28,781 nt of DNA from an uncultured Candidatus Saccharibacteria bacterium (GCA_964453485.1 CAYVOJ010000002.1:1-28781), one strand, 5' to 3'; positions 7,371-16,690 are shown, counted from the stretch's first letter. A program made the numbers and translations. The notes: generated by a model not told the origin, from the letters alone.

Positions 7371-9116
7371 ATGGTTTATGAACGTGACACGACACCTCCT
7401 TCGCACATAGAGCGGTCGCAATACCGTATTCGTATTATTGTGTATGTTGCAGCTATTGTAGCGGTATGTATTTTGGGGCGAGTTATGTACCTACAGTCGT
7501 TTAAGCACGCATACTATACGTCGCTCGCAGAAAAGCAGTATGTAAGCACCACTCAGACAGTTTTTGATAGAGGGAGCGTTCTCTTGTCTCATCGCCATGG
7601 GGACTTGGTGCCACTTGCAGAGCTTGCAACAAAGTATCGTATAGCAATTGATCCCACGGTACTAACAAAGCCAGAGGAGGTATATGCAATACTTTCAACA
7701 TATATTCCTCTCACAAAAGAAGAGTTCTTAGCAAAAGCAAATAAGAAGCAGGATCCGTATGAAGAAATCGCAAAAGATATTCCGGAAGACGTTGTATCAC
7801 TTCTAAAAGCTAAACGAATTAAAGGTCTGAGTTTTGTAAAAGATAGTAAGCGCTCATATCCACAAGACGATATTGGTGCTAAAGTTATTGGCTTTGTTGG
7901 TAATGATGGGAATCGTGTTCGTGGGCAGTATGGTATTGAGCGGTACTATGATGATATTTTAAGTCGTGACGGTGTCGGACACAGCGTAAACTTCTTTGCC
8001 GAGTTATTTACTGATATACAGAAAACAATTATCGCAAAACAGCAGGAAGAAGGAGGTGATATTGTTCTTACGTTAGATGCAGAAGTACAACGGGCACTGC
8101 ATACAACACTTACTGAAACAAGAAAAGAGTGGAATTCTGAAACGGTTGGTGGAATTGTTATGGATCCAAGCACGGGTGCCATTATCGCCATGGACGCTCT
8201 TCCATCCTTTAACCCAAATGCTTTTGCACAAGTAGTAGATCAGAGATTTTTCGGAAATCAGTTAGTGTCTGGTGTGTATGAAATGGGAAGTATTATAAAA
8301 CCAATTACGATGGCATCTGCGCTTGACGCTGGGGTAGTCAATGAAGCTACAACTTATAATGACGCAGGATTTCGCGATTTGAACGGTTACAAAGTGCGCA
8401 ACTTCGATGGTAAGGCTCGTGGTCCGAATACTCCTATTCAGACAATTCTTGATAAATCATTAAACGTAGGTATAGTTTTTTTAGTTGAACAGCTTGGTAC
8501 AAAACAATTTCAAGAGTATTTTAAAAAATTTGGTATCGGTAGTGATACGGGAGTAGATTTGCCATACGAGGCAAGCGGTCTTACAAAAAACTTAGATAGC
8601 CCTGTTTTTGTCGACAGTGCAACCGCTGGGTTCGGACAAGGTATAGCGATTACCCCGATACAAACAATACGTGCGCTCGCAGCACTTGGTAATGGTGGCA
8701 CGCTCGTTAATCCACATCTTATTGATACTATTATTTATAAAAATGGTGAATCTAAAAAGGTGGTGCCTGATGAGGGTGTTCGGGTTATCTCACCAGAATC
8801 GAGTGAACAGATTTCACGAATGCTTGTCCATGTGGTAGATACAGCGCTCGCTAATGGAACACGAAAAATGGATCACTATAGTGTTGCTGCAAAGACGGGG
8901 ACTGCACAGATACCAAAACCAGGAGGAGGATACTATGATGATAGGTATCTACACTCCTTCTTCGGCTATTTCCCTGCATATGAACCAAAGTATATTATTT
9001 TCCTCTTCCAAACATATCCAAAAGGTGCTGAGTATGCTTCAGCGACACTTACCGACCCATTCTATAAGATAGTAAAGTTTTTGATTTCGTATTACGAAGT
9101 GCCACCAGACAGATAG
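7371..9116 (+). CDS. ftsI: Penicillin-binding protein 3 / FtsI-like class B transpeptidase
   Basis: N-terminal TM, motifs SIIK, SLN and KTG, YEMGS, dcw cluster position. Confidence 0.88.
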   Translation: MVYERDTTPPSHIERSQYRIRIIVYVAAIVAVCILGRVMYLQSFKHAYYTSLAEKQYVSTTQTVFDRGSVLLSHRHGDLVPLAELATKYRIAIDPTVLTKPEEVYAILSTYIPLTKEEFLAKANKKQDPYEEIAKDIPEDVVSLLKAKRIKGLSFVKDSKRSYPQDDIGAKVIGFVGNDGNRVRGQYGIERYYDDILSRDGVGHSVNFFAELFTDIQKTIIAKQQEEGGDIVLTLDAEVQRALHTTLTETRKEWNSETVGGIVMDPSTGAIIAMDALPSFNPNAFAQVVDQRFFGNQLVSGVYEMGSIIKPITMASALDAGVVNEATTYNDAGFRDLNGYKVRNFDGKARGPNTPIQTILDKSLNVGIVFLVEQLGTKQFQEYFKKFGIGSDTGVDLPYEASGLTKNLDSPVFVDSATAGFGQGIAITPIQTIRALAALGNGGTLVNPHLIDTIIYKNGESKKVVPDEGVRVISPESSEQISRMLVHVVDTALANGTRKMDHYSVAAKTGTAQIPKPGGGYYDDRYLHSFFGYFPAYEPKYIIFLFQTYPKGAEYASATLTDPFYKIVKFLISYYEVPPDR

Positions 9117-9172
9117 AGATGGTGCGTACAGAATTGGTACGCCTGAGATACGATATACTATATACTGCCTCT

Positions 9173-10582
9173 ATGCCTATTAATCCTCTACGTGTACGAA
9201 ATATATCAGCGAAAGACTACAAAGGTGGTACGGTGATATATCGTATGTGTCGTGATCTTCGTGCACATGATAATGACGCGCTTCTTTTTGCACAGAGTCT
9301 CGCTACGAGTAAGGGTGCAGAATTGATTGTGGTGTATACGATATGGAATTATGAATGGGTCGGGGCAACACGCAGATTCTATGACTGGGTTATTCCAAGT
9401 CTTATTGAAGTTGAAAAGGAACTACGAGCACATAATATTCCACTCGTGATTGCCTTTGACCAAGATTTTCCGAAACACACCACGAAAACATCGTGCGGTG
9501 CTGTGGTTATTGATCAGCTACCACTTCATTTTATGAATACGTGGAAGAAAGAGTTTCTTGCTCATGCAAATAACACGGCTCTTTATGAAGTCGATGCACA
9601 CAATGTGATCCCGGTCTGGGAGCTTTCTCAAAAACAAGAATTCGCTGCACGAACGATACGAAGTAAAGTGCATGCAAAGATATCTTCTTTCTTGGAAGAC
9701 TATGACAAATTGAAAGTGCATCCTCACAACAAAGAACTTCTTGAAACGTATAGAGCAGTAGACTGGGAACACGTACGGACACAGATTAGGTGTCGAGAAG
9801 ATGTTGCTGGAACAGGTGAGAATAGTCCTGGAGAGCATGCGTCACACAAGGTTTTGAAAGAGTTCTTGGATAAAAAACTTTCAGCGTATGGAGATGCTCG
9901 CAATGATATAAATGGAGATGGTCAGAGTAATCTTTCTCCATATATCTCGCATGGGAATATTTCTCGTAGGAGAATTGTTCTCGAGCTCCTTGCAAAGTCT
10001 CAAATAACAATAGAGAAAGCCTTTGATTCAGTTCAGAATGGATCAAACGGCACAATGGGAAGCACGGCTTCATTTATTGAAGAGTGTGTCGTCAGGTCTG
10101 AGCTGTGTGAGAATTTCTGTTTTTACAACGAGAAGTATGATTCATACGAAGGATTTCCTTTGTGGGCACAAGACACGCTAAAGAAAGCTCTCACTGATAA
10201 ACGCGAGTATGTGTATACATTAGAAGAATTTGAAAAAGCAAAAACGCATGATGATCTTTGGAATGCAGCACAGATGCAGATGGTGAAAACAGGGAAGATG
10301 CAGGGATACATGCGTATGTATTGGGCAAAGAAAATTTTAGAATGGACAAAGTCTCCACAAGAGGCGATGCATATTGCAGTGTACCTCAATGATACCTATG
10401 AGTTAGATGGTCGTGATCCAAATGGGTACGTAGGATGTGCGTGGAGCATAGGCGGTGTACATGATAGGCCATGGTTTGGTCGTTCAATATTTGGCACTAT
10501 TCGCTACATGGCGCAGTCTGGGGTGGAGAAGCGCGGAAAGGTGCACACCTACATAGAGAAATGGCTCGGGCTCTCTGCATGA
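9173..10582 (+). CDS. phr: Class II CPD DNA photolyase
   Basis: RDLRAHDNDALLFA, SNLSPYISHG, GKMQGYMRMYWAKKILEWT, YELDGRDPNGYVG, WSIGGVHDRPW, IFGTIRYM. Start placed at ATG 9173, 6 nt after TATACT (ORF track starts at 9119). Confidence 0.93.
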   Translation: MPINPLRVRNISAKDYKGGTVIYRMCRDLRAHDNDALLFAQSLATSKGAELIVVYTIWNYEWVGATRRFYDWVIPSLIEVEKELRAHNIPLVIAFDQDFPKHTTKTSCGAVVIDQLPLHFMNTWKKEFLAHANNTALYEVDAHNVIPVWELSQKQEFAARTIRSKVHAKISSFLEDYDKLKVHPHNKELLETYRAVDWEHVRTQIRCREDVAGTGENSPGEHASHKVLKEFLDKKLSAYGDARNDINGDGQSNLSPYISHGNISRRRIVLELLAKSQITIEKAFDSVQNGSNGTMGSTASFIEECVVRSELCENFCFYNEKYDSYEGFPLWAQDTLKKALTDKREYVYTLEEFEKAKTHDDLWNAAQMQMVKTGKMQGYMRMYWAKKILEWTKSPQEAMHIAVYLNDTYELDGRDPNGYVGCAWSIGGVHDRPWFGRSIFGTIRYMAQSGVEKRGKVHTYIEKWLGLSA

Positions 10583-10609
10583 AGAAGATAACCATGCTAG
10601 TATGTATTC

Positions 10610-11440
10610 ATGGATAAAAAACCTTTTGTAAAAAAGCCAGCAGCAAAAAGCACGCAACCAAGAGCCTCTCAAGGAACTTCGTGGGGACCTGTTGCTACGT
10701 GGTACGATAAACATCTTGAACATGGGGCAGAAACATATCATGAAAAAGTTGTTTACCCAAATATGCTTCGCTTACTTGGAGATGTTAAAGGAAAGCAGAT
10801 ACTCGATCTTGCTTGCGGGCAAGGACAGTTTTCTCGAATACTTGGAGATAACGGGGCGAAGGTTATCGGTGTAGATATTGGGAAAGAGCTCATTGCTATT
10901 GCAGAAAAGAAAAATACTGAGCATACTTTTTCTGCCCATTATTTTGTTAGCTCCTCAGACGATTTGTATATGATAAAAGACAGCGCGCAAGATATTGCGG
11001 TTTGTATTTTGGCACTTCAGAACATTGAACACTTGCAAAAAACCTTGCAAGAAGTATCTCGTGTATTACGACCCCACGGCCGATTCTTGTGTGTTATTAA
11101 TCACCCATCATTTAGAAACCCACGTCACACTCACTGGGGATATGATGAGCATGAAAACAAACAGTACAGACGAGTAGAAGAATATCTCTCAGAGTCAAAA
11201 ATAAAAATCGATATGACCCCAGGGTCTAGAACAGATAAAAAGTTTACTGTCTCATTTCATCGACCTCTTCAGGTTTATGTAAAAGCTTTTGCAAAAGCTG
11301 GGCTCGCTATCACAAGATTAGAGGAGTGGGAATCTCATAAAAAGAGTGAAAAGGGCAAAAGACAGCACGCTGAGGATCTGTCACGTAAAGAAATACCTTT
11401 ATTTATGTGTATCGAAGTACAAAAAATAAACAAAGCATAA
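10610..11440 (+). CDS. Class I SAM-dependent methyltransferase
   Basis: ILDLACGQG motif I, GVDIG, VSRVLRPHGRF, INHPSF, FHRPL. Substrate unknown. Confidence 0.85.
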   Translation: MDKKPFVKKPAAKSTQPRASQGTSWGPVATWYDKHLEHGAETYHEKVVYPNMLRLLGDVKGKQILDLACGQGQFSRILGDNGAKVIGVDIGKELIAIAEKKNTEHTFSAHYFVSSSDDLYMIKDSAQDIAVCILALQNIEHLQKTLQEVSRVLRPHGRFLCVINHPSFRNPRHTHWGYDEHENKQYRRVEEYLSESKIKIDMTPGSRTDKKFTVSFHRPLQVYVKAFAKAGLAITRLEEWESHKKSEKGKRQHAEDLSRKEIPLFMCIEVQKINKA

Positions 11441-11487
11441 CCTCCGTGTTACGATGATCTTTTAGTTCTGGTATACTCTCACTATCT

Positions 11488-12144
11488 ATGAAATCAATAC
11501 ATAACTTTGTTCGAAAACCAGAAGGAAAATTAGTGGTTGGGCTCGGTGTTATTTTTGTGGCACTTTTTGCATACTATGCATATGCTCGATTTACTAATCA
11601 GATTGAGGCAGCGCCTGTGCTTGAGGTAACTTCTACCGATCATGTCCGTGGTGCGGCAGGGGCTAAGGTGACACTTGTTGAGTTTGGCGATTTTCAGTGT
11701 CCTGCTTGTGGGGCCTATGAACCAATCGTTCGTCAGGTGCAACAAAATAACCCGGGCATACTTCAGGTTGTATTTAGGCATTTTCCTCTAACTCAAATTC
11801 ATAGAAATGCACTTCTTTCAGCTAAAGCGGCCGAAGCTGCTGCGCTCCAGGGTAAGTTCTGGGAAATGCATGATATGCTCTATGATCGTCAAAAAGAATG
11901 GTCAGAAGCGTTGAATGCTCGAGACATTATTCTTTCATATGCAACAGCGCTTAATCTAGATACGGTGAAGTTCTCACAAGATCTACAAAGCAGTGCCCTT
12001 GAAAGTAAAATTTTTGCAGAATACAAAGAAGGTTTGAAACTCGGTGTACAAGGAACTCCAACCTTTTTTGTGAATGGAGTAATGATTGAAAATCCTCAGT
12101 CAGTTGAAGCGTTTGACAAAATCATTAAAGCTGCAGCAAAATAG
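11488..12144 (+). CDS. DsbA-family thioredoxin-fold oxidoreductase, membrane anchored
   Basis: N-terminal TM, EFGDFQCPAC, FRHFPL, GKFWEMHDMLY, GVQGTPTFFVNG. Confidence 0.92.
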   Translation: MKSIHNFVRKPEGKLVVGLGVIFVALFAYYAYARFTNQIEAAPVLEVTSTDHVRGAAGAKVTLVEFGDFQCPACGAYEPIVRQVQQNNPGILQVVFRHFPLTQIHRNALLSAKAAEAAALQGKFWEMHDMLYDRQKEWSEALNARDIILSYATALNLDTVKFSQDLQSSALESKIFAEYKEGLKLGVQGTPTFFVNGVMIENPQSVEAFDKIIKAAAK

Positions 12145-12186
12145 ACAATAAACAAAGTTAATTTAATAGTTACAATAACAAACAAC

Positions 12187-12414
12187 ATGATTAAGGAATT
12201 CTTACTAAAGCAGGCAGTAAAACACGGCACCAAAAATCTTCCTAAAGATCAGGCAGACATGCTTGCAAAAGCTGTAGAAAAAGACCCTGCGCTTTTTGAA
12301 AAAATAGCAAAGGAAATTGAGGCGCTTAAAAAAGCTGGCAAGCCAGAAATGTACGCAGCACTCGATGTGATGAAGAAATATCAGAAAGAGTTGCAAGCAT
12401 TGTTTCAGGAATAA
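12187..12414 (+). CDS. Small alpha-helical hypothetical protein
   Basis: 75-aa ORF fills the gap between dsbA and a terminator, with host-like codon use. No function recognised. Confidence 0.7.
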   Translation: MIKEFLLKQAVKHGTKNLPKDQADMLAKAVEKDPALFEKIAKEIEALKKAGKPEMYAALDVMKKYQKELQALFQE

Positions 12415-12442
12415 AAAAAGCCTCCGCAACGCGGGGGCTTTT
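12414..12442. terminator. Bidirectional intrinsic terminator
   Basis: aaaaaaagcctccgc-aac-gcgggggctttt between convergent genes. Confidence 0.8.
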
Positions 12443-12518
12443 CGCTGCTGACTGTGTCAACAGTCAGTTAATGGAATCTTTGAACTTCCTAGTGGAGCTT
12501 TTGTACAGGTGTGTGTGA

Positions 12519-13298
12519 TTATATCAAGCAGACAAACTTGGTCCTGCACTCGTAGCCACGAGCATGTTCAAAAGTTAACTTTGGAGAATTGTCACCTGAC
12601 CAATGTGCTACGTTAGGGTGATTTGCCCTATCAGTGCCAAAGAGTACGAAATGATGTTTTATTAATCGCTTGACACACTCATGTTTGTAAAACAAATAAG
12701 CAAGACCTTCTGGCGAAGATATAAGATCGTCAACTCGGCTCTTGAGAATGTCAAAGCCGCTTTCATACGTCGGATTGAATTTTGTCTCCAATATTACAAC
12801 TACTCCATCTTCTTTATTTTTTATTGCTTGTAACTCTGCCCACAAGCGGTCAGCGAGCTTTCTCGTATCTCCCTCCTTTTCGGGTAGCTTTTTCGGAGCA
12901 ATGTCTCCTATCTCACCGTGATGTTTTAGGAACATCTCAGCATACAATTCGTCATAACTTCTTGGCAGAAAAACAAGAAATTGTTGTATAGTGTATGCCT
13001 CACATATTTCCAGGCCTCCTGTGTAAAGAGAACAGGTAACAGTACTTTGACCATCTTTCAGAATGGGAGGAACAACACCTAGAAGTCTTTCTTCTTCTTC
13101 AATTTGCTGTCTGGTTTGTGCTTGTCGGCTTTTATATAGTTCTCTCAATTTTCTGTAGAAATCTATACATTCTGAAAAGTGGTTTTGATGTAATCCGTGC
13201 TCATCTGCCAAAAAGAAGCGACGATTTTTCATCAAATCAAGTATGATTTGGTTAATCCTCTTGATTTGGGTGGGGGTAAGATTGACTAAGGTACTCAT
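12519..13298 (-). CDS. Orphan hypothetical protein (259 aa)
   Basis: Long ORF with no competing + strand gene, preceded by ctgaaaggaaaatcgc and a sigma70-type promoter. No recognisable motif. Confidence 0.75.
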   Translation of the reverse strand: MSTLVNLTPTQIKRINQIILDLMKNRRFFLADEHGLHQNHFSECIDFYRKLRELYKSRQAQTRQQIEEEERLLGVVPPILKDGQSTVTCSLYTGGLEICEAYTIQQFLVFLPRSYDELYAEMFLKHHGEIGDIAPKKLPEKEGDTRKLADRLWAELQAIKNKEDGVVVILETKFNPTYESGFDILKSRVDDLISSPEGLAYLFYKHECVKRLIKHHFVLFGTDRANHPNVAHWSGDNSPKLTFEHARGYECRTKFVCLI

Positions 13299-13367
13299 GC
13301 GATTTTCCTTTCAGGATTATCAAGTGTAAAAGAACAGTGGCTTTGCAGGATTGCATTAACCGTTTTA

Positions 13368-13396
13368 AAACTATCACAAGGTATTGACACAGTCAA
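13368..13396 (-). promoter_or_regulatory. Sigma70-type promoter of the orphan gene
   Basis: Minus strand TTGACT-N17-TAGTTT with TG extension. The -35 lies in the palindrome TTGAC-ACA-GTCAA. Confidence 0.5.
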
Positions 13397-13500
13397 AAAA
13401 TGAAACCGGAAAAGATACCCTTTTAATTGAACTATGTGAAGGATAAAAACAATTATGAGAAAATGTGTTAGAATGGTAAGTATTATTTATTTTTTGTATT

Positions 13501-13535
13501 TGCTATCAGCTACAGACTACTAGCTAATAGCTATC
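13501..13535 (+). repeat. Degenerate heptamer array (CTA every 7 nt, 5 units)
   Basis: tgctatc agctaca gactact agctaat agctatc, ending 7 nt before the ychF ATG. Confidence 0.7.
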
Positions 13536-13542
13536 TACGTTT

Positions 13543-14640
13543 ATGTCTCTCTCTATCGGAATCGTCGGCCTCCCAAACGTTGGTAAATCAACGCTCTTTA
13601 ATGCGCTTACGAAAAAACAGGTGCCAGCGGATAACTATCCATTTTGTACGATTGATCCGTCGGTTGGTACGGTGCCTGTGCCAGATGCACGTCTCGCACA
13701 GCTTGCAGCAATATCTGAATCAAAGAAAATTTTGCCAGCAGTTGTTGAATTCGTTGATATTGCAGGACTCGTGAAAGGTGCGGCAGAAGGTCAGGGGCTC
13801 GGGAATCAATTTCTCTCACATATTCGTGAGACAGATGCCATCGCTGAAGTGGTGCGTATCTACGAAAACGGAGATCTCATTCACGTAGAAGGAACGGTAG
13901 ATCCACTTCGTGACATTGAAATCATTAATATGGAGCTTATCTTAGCTGATATGGCTACTGTAGATAAACGCATTCAAACAATTGGTCGTGACGTGAAGCG
14001 TGGTGATAAAGATGCTATTAAGTTACAAGGATGTCTTGAGGTTCTTCAGAAAGCATTCGCCGAAGAAAAGCTTGCCAACTCTGTTTCTTTTGGTGAAGAA
14101 GAAATGAAACTTGTACGCGATCTTCACCTCATTACCATGAAGCCATTTCTCTATGTGCTCAATAAGCAGTCAGGTGGAAAGAACTTGGATGAAATGAAGG
14201 ATGAGCGTTTTCAAAAATTGCTAGCATATTTTACTGCGAACAAATTCCACTATGTGGTTGTTGATGCAAAGATTGAAGATGAGCTAAAAGACTTTGAGGG
14301 TGCGGAACAACAAGAAATGCGAGATGAACTGGGTGCTCACGATAGCGGGGTAGATGGTCTCATTAAAGCTGGATATGATTTGCTTGGTCTTGAGACATAT
14401 CTCACAACAGGACCAGAAGAAACACGCGCATGGACTATTAAGAAAGGCTCTACAGCGCCACGTGCAGCAGCGGCTATTCACTCTGACTTTGAAACGAAGT
14501 TTATTCGCGCTGAAGTTGTGGCGTGCGCAGACCTCGTGACATGTGGAAGTTTCGCGGAAGCAAAATCGCAAGGGAAACTGCGAACAGAAGGAAAAGATTA
14601 CATTGTGAGAGATGGAGATGTGATTGAGTTTAAAATTTAA
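13543..14640 (+). CDS. ychF: Ribosome-binding ATPase YchF (Obg family)
   Basis: GIVGLPNVGKSTLFNALT, NYPFCTIDP, FVDIAGLVKGA, GLGNQFLSHIRE, TGS domain ending YIVRDGDVIEFK. Confidence 0.97.
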   Translation: MSLSIGIVGLPNVGKSTLFNALTKKQVPADNYPFCTIDPSVGTVPVPDARLAQLAAISESKKILPAVVEFVDIAGLVKGAAEGQGLGNQFLSHIRETDAIAEVVRIYENGDLIHVEGTVDPLRDIEIINMELILADMATVDKRIQTIGRDVKRGDKDAIKLQGCLEVLQKAFAEEKLANSVSFGEEEMKLVRDLHLITMKPFLYVLNKQSGGKNLDEMKDERFQKLLAYFTANKFHYVVVDAKIEDELKDFEGAEQQEMRDELGAHDSGVDGLIKAGYDLLGLETYLTTGPEETRAWTIKKGSTAPRAAAAIHSDFETKFIRAEVVACADLVTCGSFAEAKSQGKLRTEGKDYIVRDGDVIEFKI

Positions 14641-14681
14641 AACAGGCCGTAAGGCCTGTTTTAAATTTTAAACTCAATCAC
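14620..14681. terminator. Perfect 29-bp inverted repeat covering the ychF 3' end (terminator-like)
   Basis: gtgattgagtttaaaatttaaaacaggcc-gtaa-ggcctgttttaaattttaaactcaatcac. Confidence 0.85.
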
Positions 14682-14796
14682 TCCATACGACGCTGAGTTC
14701 CATGCGACGTGTGGAGTGATTTGATCTCCGTCAGCACAATTGCTCCATTTTGAAATAAAATAGCACAAGACGACGTACTACCTATATACTGCCTCT

Positions 14797-15357
14797 ATGG
14801 AACAAGAAACCGATGAACAATTAGTCATCTCTATCCGCACAGGAAATGCTGAGCTCTTTGGGGTTATTATCGACAGGTACGAAGCAAAACTAACCCGCTA
14901 TGTTAGACGTTTTGTTCAACAGCCAGATGATGTAGCAGATATCATTCAAACTATCTTTATCAAAGCCTATGTGAATCTACAGAGCTTTGATGTTAGTAGA
15001 GTATTTAATCCTTGGATATATCGTATTGCCCATAATGAGACAGTAAGTTTTTTAAAAAAGAAAGGAAATGAAAAAGTTTCATTTCTTGATTTCGATACTA
15101 TGCTTCCTCATCCGTTTGCAAAAGAGGTTGCTGACAAAGAAACGCTTGATGCGGAGTTAAAACATGTGCTCGATACATCTCTTGCTACTATTCCTCTTAA
15201 GTACCGAGAAGTGCTTGTGCTTTACTTTTATGAAGAACTTTCTTATCAGGAAATTGCAGATGTTCTCCGTATACCCATAGCGACTGTCGGAGTTCGTCTG
15301 CGGCGCGCTAAAGAGCAGCTACAAAAACAAGTTTCTAATAACTACTACACACCATGA
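14797..15357 (+). CDS. ECF-type RNA polymerase sigma factor
   Basis: Region 2 (DVADIIQTIFIKAY...FNPWIYRIAHN) and region 4 (YREVLVLYFYEELSYQEIADVLRIPIATVGVRLRRA), 186 aa. Confidence 0.93.
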   Translation: MEQETDEQLVISIRTGNAELFGVIIDRYEAKLTRYVRRFVQQPDDVADIIQTIFIKAYVNLQSFDVSRVFNPWIYRIAHNETVSFLKKKGNEKVSFLDFDTMLPHPFAKEVADKETLDAELKHVLDTSLATIPLKYREVLVLYFYEELSYQEIADVLRIPIATVGVRLRRAKEQLQKQVSNNYYTP

Positions 15358-16133
15358 CAACTATTAAAAATAACATCCTTACGTTTGTAAAAAATAACGA
15401 CATACGCATGATCCCTCGTTGGAAGGTAGTGCTATTCTCTTTGCTTGGAGTATGTGGACTTATCTTTACGTTTGGGTTGCTGGTATTTTTCGGCAGCTTG
15501 ATACTCTTTGTTCTTTCACGCTATGGACTTATCTATATGCCGCTGTTTGGTTTTGATGCAGTACTCGCGAATCTACGCGCTATTCCAGTTGTGCTCTTTC
15601 TTGTTACTATTGTTCTCCTTATGCTCGTTGAGGTTCTTGTCCGTCGATATGAATTTACATTACGCACCCCAATCTTGACGACACTTCTTGGGGTTACTAC
15701 AGTAGCACTTCTCGTAAGTTATCTTATTTCTCTGACACCAGTACATCAGGAGTTGCATATATATGCAAAAGCACGAGGTCTCGACTTTATGGCAGAGCAG
15801 TATGCCCGACCAATCCCATTTGATAAAATGCCAGATCTCTCTGTTGTACGAGGTGAGGTGACAGAAGTCTTTGAAAAAAGATTTACCGTACAATCATTTG
15901 ATGATGCCACAACAAGCGTGGTTCTTTCTAGAGAAGAAGGTGCTCCAATGCTCCTGGTGCCAGAAGTCGGAGAGGATGTTATTGTTTTTGGAAAATCACA
16001 TAATGGCTATTTCGAAGCAAAACGTATACGCTCATCGCCACACGTGCCTTTTGAAAAACGCTTTGAACACAAGCGTCCACCAGAACATATAATGAAACGT
16101 GAAATAAAAAATGAAACAGATCGTACTAGATAG
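15354..16133 (+). CDS. Multi-pass membrane protein, candidate anti-sigma factor
   Basis: ATGA overlap with the sigma gene, several TM segments, and a C-terminal soluble beta-rich region (VRGEVTEV...FTVQS...GEDVIVFG). Confidence 0.6.
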   Translation: MTTIKNNILTFVKNNDIRMIPRWKVVLFSLLGVCGLIFTFGLLVFFGSLILFVLSRYGLIYMPLFGFDAVLANLRAIPVVLFLVTIVLLMLVEVLVRRYEFTLRTPILTTLLGVTTVALLVSYLISLTPVHQELHIYAKARGLDFMAEQYARPIPFDKMPDLSVVRGEVTEVFEKRFTVQSFDDATTSVVLSREEGAPMLLVPEVGEDVIVFGKSHNGYFEAKRIRSSPHVPFEKRFEHKRPPEHIMKREIKNETDRTR

Positions 16134-16186
16134 TGAGAGGGAAGAGAGCGCACTTCTTTCTCACCTGAATATATAATCTCTACTCT

Positions 16187-16639
16187 ATGAACAAAAAAAC
16201 ATTTCTAAAAAGCGCACTCATCCCAAGTATTGGACTCGCAGTTCTCACCATTTCTTCAGCTTCGGCTATGTCGTTTGGTTCGATGAACATGCCAGCACTA
16301 TCTGCAGACGAAATCGCTACACGACAAACTCAAATGTTCCAAGAACAGGCGACAATGCTCGGGCTTAGTGTCGACGACATCAAAACTGCTTGGGCATCAG
16401 GCAAAGACCTAAAAACACTTGCTACTGAAAAAGGTATTTCTATGGATACCATAAAGCAGAAAATGGAAGCAAAGCACTTAGAAGCACAGAAGGCAGCACT
16501 TTCAACACTTGTAACTAAAGGCGTAATCACTCAAGCGCAGGCTGACCAGAGACTTGCGACAATGACTGCGAAAAAAGCGAAAGGTGAAAAAGGTGAAGGG
16601 AAGCACGGAGGACGCGGCTTTGGAATCTTCAATCACTAA
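16187..16639 (+). CDS. Secreted alpha-helical hypothetical protein
   Basis: Sec-type signal peptide (MNKKTFLKSALIPSIGLAVLTISSASA), helical body (VTKGVITQAQADQRL) and a G/K-rich tail. Confidence 0.8.
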   Translation: MNKKTFLKSALIPSIGLAVLTISSASAMSFGSMNMPALSADEIATRQTQMFQEQATMLGLSVDDIKTAWASGKDLKTLATEKGISMDTIKQKMEAKHLEAQKAALSTLVTKGVITQAQADQRLATMTAKKAKGEKGEGKHGGRGFGIFNH

Positions 16640-16651
16640 GACTCAACACAC

Positions 16652-16690
16652 AAAGCACGTACAGATTCAAACACTGTACGTGTTTTTTTT
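16652..16690 (+). terminator. Intrinsic terminator
   Basis: gcacgtacag-attcaaaca-ctgtacgtgt plus T tract. Confidence 0.8.

Noticed and set aside
12449-13395. Classical IS or MITE
   Set aside because: No transposase motif and no target-site duplication next to the repeats. Kept only as a cassette/operator hypothesis.
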